Part shown: in pieces, positions 47,538 through 53,703 of the stretch
How positions within the stretch are numbered: position 1 is the first letter of the stretch
How the letters are laid out: each line of letters begins with the position of its first letter
From: a virus
DNA length: 53,703 nt
UHGV virus genome: UHGV-0137934
Reading direction: 5' to 3' (one strand)
Made by a program: the position numbers and the translations under genes
Notes under the pieces: model-generated
The model's input: the letters and a program-made list of their open reading frames with translations, nothing else
Databases searched by the model: none
What the model was told of the DNA's origin: nothing

Positions 47538-48365
47538 ATGTCTCAGTTAGACAGCGGTACTTTTCAGCAGGTTAAAGACCTGGTGCTTTCGGGTTATCAC
47601 CTGGAAGATATTAACGGTCTGGCCTGCCCGACAGTCCTGCGCCCAGAAAATACCAGCGTTGAAAGCCTGGAGCGTTTTTCTCTTGAGCGCTTCCGTTTCC
47701 GCGGCGCCATGGACACAACCAGCATTGATGATTTCGTTCGCTATTCTGTTAGTTATGCCCAAGAAGAAGAAAAGGCACGTTGCTTTATTGATGCCGATAA
47801 CATGCTGGCCCGTTCTATCTTCAATATCGGCACGCTGGATAACCCAGGCCACGCTGATAACGTCGCCTCGATCAAGCTTAAGAAGACAGCGCCCTTCCGC
47901 GCGTTACTGGCGATCAACGGCGATCACCTTAATCAGAAGCAAATCGCTGAGTGGCTCGAAGACTGGAGCGATTATCTGCTGGCATTTGATGCTGGCGGCA
48001 ACACGATGACGATCGCCCAAGCTGCGCAAGCTGTCCGCCGCGTCACTATCCAACAGGCGACTCAAGCCGACCATGAAGATAGTGACTTTAGCGGAAAGAA
48101 ATCGTTGATGCAAAGTATTGAAGCCAGCAGTAAAGAGGTTATGCCAGTAGCGTTTGAGTTTAAGTGTGTACCCTATGAGGGCCTGGGCGAACGTCGTTTC
48201 AGTCTGCGCAATAGCCTGCTCAAAAGTAGCGAGCCGGTATTCGTTCTGCGTATTGTCCAGCTGGAAGCCCAGGAAGAAGCGATCGCCAATGAGTTCCGCG
48301 ATCTGCTGATTGGCAAGTTCGACGGCAAGCCGGTAGAAACCTTTATCGGCAACTTCAAAGCCTGA
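47538..48365 (+). CDS. DUF2303/YfdQ-like protein
   Basis: 275 aa; size and synteny match CPS-53 yfdQ as remembered. Confidence 0.5.
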   Translation: MSQLDSGTFQQVKDLVLSGYHLEDINGLACPTVLRPENTSVESLERFSLERFRFRGAMDTTSIDDFVRYSVSYAQEEEKARCFIDADNMLARSIFNIGTLDNPGHADNVASIKLKKTAPFRALLAINGDHLNQKQIAEWLEDWSDYLLAFDAGGNTMTIAQAAQAVRRVTIQQATQADHEDSDFSGKKSLMQSIEASSKEVMPVAFEFKCVPYEGLGERRFSLRNSLLKSSEPVFVLRIVQLEAQEEAIANEFRDLLIGKFDGKPVETFIGNFKA

Positions 48366-48494
48366 TTGCTCTCCATTAAATCCCCGGCGCCGCGGGGATT
48401 TATTAAAGCGTAATCCTGCAAATAATCGCCACCTGGCGAGGGATTCCTACACCCAAAAAACAGCGCTGTGCAGGCGTAAAGTATGGAGAAAAAA

Positions 48495-49022
48495 ATGAGC
48501 TTTATTCAAACCTTTTCAGGCAAACATTTTAACTATCTCGACATCCAGCAAGACGCCATCGAGATCGAAGATATTGCTAATGCACTCTCGAACATCTGCC
48601 GCTTTGCCGGTCACCTGCCTGAGTTCTATAGCGTCGGCCAGCACAGCGTTTTAACAAGCCAACTGGTACCTCAGGAATTTGCGCTTGAAGCGCTGCTGCA
48701 TGACGCCGCCGAGGCATATTTGCAGGATATCCCTGCCCCATTGAAACGCCTTCTTCCTGACTACCGAGCCATTGAAGATCAGGTTGATGCAGCTATTCGC
48801 CAAAAATTCGGCCTGCCGGCTGAGCAGCACCCGACCGTTAAATATGCCGACCTGGTGATGCTGGCCAGCGAACGTCGCGACTTTGAGATCGACGACGGCA
48901 CCCATTGGACGATGCTCGACGGCGTCATTCCTACCGACCAATTTGTGATTAATCCCGTCCGCCCTGGTCAATCTTACGGCATGTTCATGAACCGCTTTAA
49001 CCAACTGATGGAGCGGCGCTAA
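48495..49022 (+). CDS. HD-domain 5'-deoxynucleotidase, YfdR-like
   Basis: About 175 aa; H...HD metal-binding pattern (GQHSVL ... LLHDAAEAY ... D). Confidence 0.6.
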   Translation: MSFIQTFSGKHFNYLDIQQDAIEIEDIANALSNICRFAGHLPEFYSVGQHSVLTSQLVPQEFALEALLHDAAEAYLQDIPAPLKRLLPDYRAIEDQVDAAIRQKFGLPAEQHPTVKYADLVMLASERRDFEIDDGTHWTMLDGVIPTDQFVINPVRPGQSYGMFMNRFNQLMERR

Positions 49023-49225
49023 TGGCACACGTGAAAGTGAAAGAATTGGTTGCTGCAGCGTACGCTGCGGCACCTGACCTACCACCAGCAGCAGCAGCCC
49101 AATTAATGCAAGACATAGCGTCAAGGCTGGATGTGACCTTTGTCGCCCTTACAGAGGCAATGGACCAGAACACCGCTATGGCCGCGATGATAGCGAACCT
49201 GAGCGAGGAAAACAGAAATGGCTAA
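49022..49225 (+). CDS. hypothetical small protein
   Basis: 67 aa Ala-rich ORF overlapping neighbours. Confidence 0.35.
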   Translation: MAHVKVKELVAAAYAAAPDLPPAAAAQLMQDIASRLDVTFVALTEAMDQNTAMAAMIANLSEENRNG

Positions 49226-50006
49226 AAACTCGATCGATGCTTATGGCGCCAGCGGCAAGACAAACGTTCTGATGTTCGAGCCGGAAAATCTGCATATTGT
49301 CACTGACAAGGCTCACCCGCTTTACGATGAACGTATTCACTTACCTCTCAGTGAAGCCATGGTGCTGAACATCATAGACCAGGGTGTTCTGGAGCCGATT
49401 ATTGTCTGGAAAGACCCGGAAACTGGGTACTCCTGCGTGGTTGATGGCCGTCAGCGTGTCCGTCATACCCTGGAGGCTAACAGACGCCTGGCCAAAGAGG
49501 GTAAAACTCCGCTACTGGTTCCGGCTGTCACTAAACGCGGTTCTGCTGTTCGCATGGCTCAGGCAATGGTCAGCGCAAACGAAATCCGCCAGGCCGACAC
49601 ACCGCTGGGCAGGGCCAAAAAGATGGCTGATGCGCTGGAGCGCGGGCATGACGAGGAAGACCTAGCGCTGATGTTCGGCGTCAGTGTCCCCACTGTACGC
49701 GCTACGCTATCCCTTCTGGATGCCACTCAGGCAGTCAAAGACGCGGTAGAGTCCGGCGCAGTGACCGTTACCCAGGCACGGCAACTGGCATCACTGAAAC
49801 CCGAAGAACAGCGGGAAAAGGTAGCCGAAATCGAAGCGGCGACCGCTGGCACTACCGGTCATGAAAAAGCGCGTCGTCAGCGCCAGGTCCTCGGCGATAA
49901 GAAACCGCGCCTTAAAACTCGCAAAGAAATCACAAAAGCCCTCGAAGCTGCCAACGGTGAATACGCTGATGCTCTGCGCTGGGTACTTGGGGAGGTAACA
50001 TTATGA
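49218..50006 (+). CDS. ParB/Srx-fold (ParB N-terminal domain-like) protein
   Basis: 262 aa; VLEPIIVWKDPETGYSCVVDGRQRVRH matches ParB-N/sulfiredoxin arginine finger region. Confidence 0.6.
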   Translation: MAKNSIDAYGASGKTNVLMFEPENLHIVTDKAHPLYDERIHLPLSEAMVLNIIDQGVLEPIIVWKDPETGYSCVVDGRQRVRHTLEANRRLAKEGKTPLLVPAVTKRGSAVRMAQAMVSANEIRQADTPLGRAKKMADALERGHDEEDLALMFGVSVPTVRATLSLLDATQAVKDAVESGAVTVTQARQLASLKPEEQREKVAEIEAATAGTTGHEKARRQRQVLGDKKPRLKTRKEITKALEAANGEYADALRWVLGEVTL

Positions 50007-51082
50007 GTAAAGTAGGAGATCATTTCTTTGAGTTTCCTGCATCACGTGGAACTCAGGGCGGTTCAATTGTCCTGATGCTAACTGTTCCTGCACGGACCCT
50101 TACGCGAGTTCTCGCCAGCGATAATTACGGGGACACTCTTGAACGCTCGCAGCGAGAACTGAACCCAGCCAGGGCGAAAAAGTTTTATCAGTATCTTGTT
50201 GAAGCATACGAAAACAAAGAGCCATTTATCATTCCACCGCTGGTAGGTAACTGCGATTCGTATGTTGAATTCGAAGAGTTCGGAAACACTAATGTCGGGG
50301 TGGCCCGATTCCCGATGGACGCAGAGATTAAATTGTTTGATGGTCAGCATCGCGCAGCAGGTATTGCGGAATATTGTCGCACCATTGATGAACCGATCCA
50401 TGTCCCGATGATGCTTACTCTCCAGTTGCCACTGAAGACACGGCAGCAGTTTTTCTCCGACATTAACAACAATGTTTCGAAACCTTCTGCGGCTATCAAT
50501 ATGGCCTATAACGGTCGTGATAAGAACGCGCAGGAGATGGTTAGTTTTATCAGTTCACACAGCGTATTTTCTGAAGTCACCGATTTTGAGCATAACGTCG
50601 TTCCCGCGAAAAGTGATAAGTGGGTGAGCTTCAAAGCCCTTAGTGATGCTACTGCAAAATTTTCCGGTTCATGTTCACAAGATGACCTTGAGGGGTTGTG
50701 GAATGCCTGGCTGATGCTGACTGGTTTAGATGATATTCGCCGAGGTACGAACCAGGTCGAGTACAAACGCGAGTATATCCAGTTCCATGCTGTGATGATT
50801 AACGCCTTTGGCTACGCCGTGCAGAGGTTAAGCGAAGGTCGGGGAGTTCGCGGGGTCACGCTGATGATTGAGGACTTGGTAATGAATACCGGCATTGCCG
50901 AACGTGAAGATTTCTTCCTCCTTTCATCATGGGATGGTATTTGCGCCAGCTGCGAGAAAACAAGGCCAACGGTCATTGCGAATGTCTCATCTCAGAAAGC
51001 TGCAGCATCACGCCTGATGGATGCCATCGCGAATAAAAACTTGTCTGTCAGTAGCGGTAAGGAATCAGCCAATGACCAATAA
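50003..51082 (+). CDS. DGQHR-domain protein (DndB-like)
   Basis: 359 aa; exact DGQHR motif at residues 113-117 (nt 50339-50353); ATGA overlap with upstream ParB-like gene. Confidence 0.65.
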   Translation: MSKVGDHFFEFPASRGTQGGSIVLMLTVPARTLTRVLASDNYGDTLERSQRELNPARAKKFYQYLVEAYENKEPFIIPPLVGNCDSYVEFEEFGNTNVGVARFPMDAEIKLFDGQHRAAGIAEYCRTIDEPIHVPMMLTLQLPLKTRQQFFSDINNNVSKPSAAINMAYNGRDKNAQEMVSFISSHSVFSEVTDFEHNVVPAKSDKWVSFKALSDATAKFSGSCSQDDLEGLWNAWLMLTGLDDIRRGTNQVEYKREYIQFHAVMINAFGYAVQRLSEGRGVRGVTLMIEDLVMNTGIAEREDFFLLSSWDGICASCEKTRPTVIANVSSQKAAASRLMDAIANKNLSVSSGKESANDQ

Positions 51083-51740
51083 CCAGTTAACCAGAGAACG
51101 TCTGGAAAAAATTAAATCATGGCGTGACACCTACGGTGCCGGAAGCAACGTAATGCTGCCAGCTGAAGAGGCTGAGGAGCTGGCTCGCATCGCGCTGGCC
51201 GTAATAGACAGCGAGCCGGTCCGCAACCCTGTGCTGGCGTATGCCGACAGTTATCGTGATATGGCGAAACAAGGCGTCAAGTCAGTCCCAATATGGAGCG
51301 TCATTACCGACCTAGAGCGAAACATAGCGCCGCTCTATATCCACGCGCAGCAGCCGGTAGTGCCGGAGGAAAAGCCAATGCCTAATCCGCTGAGCATGTA
51401 CGCCGTTGATGCTGTAGCGGCTATAGCAGAGGTGAAAGGCTGGAACGCCTGCCGCGCCGCCATGCTCCAGGCTGGCAACTCTCCGGTAATTCCGGATGGT
51501 TACATGATGGTGCCGATGAGGCTAACCGCTGAGAACGGTGCAAAAGCAGCGCTTCTCGGGGAATTCAATCTTGAATATACGCTGACATGCCATGAGTGTT
51601 TTGGTGAAGGGTGCGACGACTGCTGCGGCGAGGGAACCTGGACGAGCACCATGCCGATTGACTGGACTACCATCAAAGAAATCTGGGATAAGGCCATTAA
51701 TCACTTCGCAGCCGCCCAGCGGGAGGTGAAAAGTGAGTAA
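51072..51740 (+). CDS. hypothetical protein with C-terminal Cys cluster (CHECFGEGCDDCCGEG)
   Basis: About 222 aa from ATG 51072 with AAGGA RBS. Confidence 0.45.
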   Translation: MTNNQLTRERLEKIKSWRDTYGAGSNVMLPAEEAEELARIALAVIDSEPVRNPVLAYADSYRDMAKQGVKSVPIWSVITDLERNIAPLYIHAQQPVVPEEKPMPNPLSMYAVDAVAAIAEVKGWNACRAAMLQAGNSPVIPDGYMMVPMRLTAENGAKAALLGEFNLEYTLTCHECFGEGCDDCCGEGTWTSTMPIDWTTIKEIWDKAINHFAAAQREVKSE

Positions 51741-51966
51741 AGCCGAATTATTTCAAAGGCTTAAGGCTCTTACTACAGATTTTCATACTCTGGCATGTGA
51801 GCTTGATATCGGTGACAAGCGCACAGAAGTTTTCGAAATTTACGAAGTTCTGCGCCGGGCTCAGCGTCGCGGTGCAGCTGGTGAAATGTTGGCTGCAACT
51901 AATCCGCTGCTTAGTCCTGGCATTCCTGATGATATGGAATGGACGAATTTCGAAAACGAGGATTAA
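51733..51966 (+). CDS. hypothetical protein
   Basis: 77 aa ORF. Confidence 0.4.
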   Translation: MSKAELFQRLKALTTDFHTLACELDIGDKRTEVFEIYEVLRRAQRRGAAGEMLAATNPLLSPGIPDDMEWTNFENED

Positions 51967-51971
51967 GACTG

Positions 51972-52250
51972 ATGCCCAGCAAACTTAAACGCCGGCGTTG
52001 GCGCAGTATGCGTGAGGATCTAGCCTGGTATAAAGCAGAGGCAGATGACTGGAAAGCCATAGCCCTTGAACATGCAAACGAACTGTCAGTTCTTCGCAGA
52101 CATTCGCTTCATGTTCCGTTACCAGTGCTTATTCCTGTGGAAATTGTCCACCAACTAAATGCAAGTAAACATAAAGATCACCCGTTATGTAAAACCTGTA
52201 TTGACGGGCTACGCAGTGGTTGTTCGTCATGTGCTTATAATATTCGATAA
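51972..52250 (+). CDS. hypothetical basic protein with C-terminal Cys motifs
   Basis: 92 aa from ATG 51972. Confidence 0.4.
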   Translation: MPSKLKRRRWRSMREDLAWYKAEADDWKAIALEHANELSVLRRHSLHVPLPVLIPVEIVHQLNASKHKDHPLCKTCIDGLRSGCSSCAYNIR

Positions 52251-52278
52251 CCGGGTGCAGCCGGTGTATGGAGAAAAA

Positions 52279-52515
52279 ATGTCACGTATGGTCTCTTTAC
52301 TCGAATGGGCGAAAGATGAATTCGGTAGTGAAGCCCCTAGCGAGCGTGTATTAAAAAAATACGCTAAAGGTCAAATGATAGCGCCGCCACCGATGCGAGT
52401 TGGACGGCGCTGGATGGTTGACAGAGAAGCTCGTTTTATAGGTGTCGTTGCTGAACCTCAACTTCCAATAAATGTAAACCCAAAATTGAGACGGATAATT
52501 AACGATGGCAGCTAG
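52279..52515 (+). CDS. xis: excisionase (Xis-like)
   Basis: 78 aa from ATG 52279 (GGAGA RBS); overlaps int start; lambda Xis-like pattern. Confidence 0.65.
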   Translation: MSRMVSLLEWAKDEFGSEAPSERVLKKYAKGQMIAPPPMRVGRRWMVDREARFIGVVAEPQLPINVNPKLRRIINDGS

Positions 52516-53653
52516 ACCGCGCACTCATAAAATCTCTATCCCAAACCTGTATTGCAAGCTTGATAAACGCACCGGTAAGGTTTACTGGCAATACAAACAC
52601 CCTATTTCTGGGCGTTTTCATAGCCTCGGCACAGATGAAGCTGAGGCAAAGCAGGTGGCAAGTGAAGCAAACACGATCATTGCAGAGCAGCGAACCAGGC
52701 AGATCCTTAGTATTAACGAGCGTCTGTCGCGTATGAAAGGAAACCGCGCGGACATTACAGTGACAGCATGGCTTGATAAATATGAATCCGTGCAGGAGGA
52801 AAGGTTGAAACACAACGAACTTCGACCAAATTCTTTTAGGCAAAAAGCTAAACCTATCCGGCTTTTTCGTGAGCATTGCGGCATGCAATATCTGAAAGAC
52901 ATTTCAGCACTAGATATTTCTGAAATAACAGATGCGGTTAAGGCTGAGGGTCATAATAGAATGGCTCAAATTGTTCGCATGGTATTAATTGATGTATTTA
53001 AAGAGGCACAGCATGCTGGACATGTTCCGCCAGGTTATAACCCTGCCCAGGCTACTAAGCAACCTCGAAACAAAATTACTAGACAACGTTTATCACTGGA
53101 GGAATGGAAGACTATTTATGAATGCGCTGAGCATCAACAGCCATATTTGCAGTGCGGAATGCTACTCGCAATAGTAACCGGCCAGCGCATAGGTGATATT
53201 TGTAATATGAAATTCACAGATATTTGGGATGATATGTTACATATTGTGCAGGAAAAAACAGGTTCTCGCCTTGCCATTCCGCTCTCACTAAGAAATGAAG
53301 TACTAGATATTTCGCTACGAGATGTTGTTTCAAAATGTAGAGATGCGGTGGTTAGTAAATATCTGGTCCACTTCAGACATACCACCTCTCAGGCTAACCG
53401 TGGTGATCAAGTATCCACGAAAACTCTGACTTCTACATTTAAAAAAGCTCGGGACAAAAGTTGTCTTGCATGGGATGAAGGAAGCGCCCCAACCTTCCAC
53501 GAACAGAGATCTCTTTCAGAACGGTTATACCGCGAGCAGGGCCTAGATACTCAGAAGTTACTGGGCCACAAATCGAAAAAAATGACGGATAAATACAACG
53601 ATGACCGGGGTAAAGACTGGCTCGTTGTAGGTCAGAAAGCAATACGATTTTAA
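52505..53653 (+). CDS. int: tyrosine integrase, lambda Int family
   Basis: 382 aa; closely resembles remembered lambda Int (LAIVTGQRIGD, PTFHE.RSLS.RLY, LLGHKS..M...Y). Confidence 0.9.
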   Translation: MAARPRTHKISIPNLYCKLDKRTGKVYWQYKHPISGRFHSLGTDEAEAKQVASEANTIIAEQRTRQILSINERLSRMKGNRADITVTAWLDKYESVQEERLKHNELRPNSFRQKAKPIRLFREHCGMQYLKDISALDISEITDAVKAEGHNRMAQIVRMVLIDVFKEAQHAGHVPPGYNPAQATKQPRNKITRQRLSLEEWKTIYECAEHQQPYLQCGMLLAIVTGQRIGDICNMKFTDIWDDMLHIVQEKTGSRLAIPLSLRNEVLDISLRDVVSKCRDAVVSKYLVHFRHTTSQANRGDQVSTKTLTSTFKKARDKSCLAWDEGSAPTFHEQRSLSERLYREQGLDTQKLLGHKSKKMTDKYNDDRGKDWLVVGQKAIRF

Positions 53654-53658
53654 GCCAG

Positions 53659-53703
53659 TTTTGGGGAGGAATTTTGGGGAAAGTTTTGGGGAAAGATTTT
53701 GAA
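53659..53703. repeat. direct repeats TTTTGGGGA x3 plus partial copy just downstream of int (candidate arm-type Int sites/att region)
   Basis: Copies at 53659-53667, 53672-53680, 53684-53692; window ends inside array. Confidence 0.35.

Larger units (their letters stand above)
2828..53703. mobile_element. lambdoid prophage (HK97-type head, siphovirus tail); left boundary uncertain, right boundary beyond window
   Basis: Contiguous invertase, tail, head, terminase, lysis, Q, replication, immunity, xis and int modules in canonical order. Confidence 0.85.

Overview
The window is dominated by one near-complete lambdoid prophage (HK97-type head genes, siphovirus-type tail), running from about 2.8 kb to the end of the window at 53.7 kb. 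To its left sits a umuDC operon with a canonical LexA box. All calls are from reading the sequence and ORF track by eye against remembered protein families; no database search was run. Prophage order, left to right: Hin-family DNA invertase; a 6.6 kb segment bounded by 51-bp inverted repeats that carries two divergent receptor-binding-protein genes; tail module (hub protein, NlpC/P60 peptidase, tape measure, an inserted lipoprotein, chaperones, tube); head module (adaptors, HK97 capsid, protease, portal, terminase, HNH); lysis cassette; an AT-rich moron island with two paralogous 39-40 aa membrane peptides, two paralogous ~110-135 nt structured elements, an orphan periplasmic binding protein and a coupled small membrane protein; N6 methyltransferase; Q-like antiterminator with candidate late promoter and terminator; DUF968, antirepressor, RusA, a LexA-DNA-binding-domain-only protein, a long probably multispecific C5 methyltransferase, a Dam-like methyltransferase; O-like replication gene with internal iterons; cII-like and cro-like genes; cI repressor with GTAC-type operator palindromes; a P_L-like promoter; a 77 aa ORF followed by about 1.1 kb of GC-rich, repeat-structured, apparently non-coding sequence; YfdP/YfdQ/YfdR-like genes; a ParB-like plus DGQHR (DndB-like) gene pair; xis; int; short direct repeats. 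Strongest candidates for something undescribed: the structured non-coding block after cI, the ParB-like/DGQHR pair, the whole-gene invertible receptor-binding cassette, and the duplicated peptide/structured-element modules. No rRNA, tRNA, CRISPR array or transposase was found.
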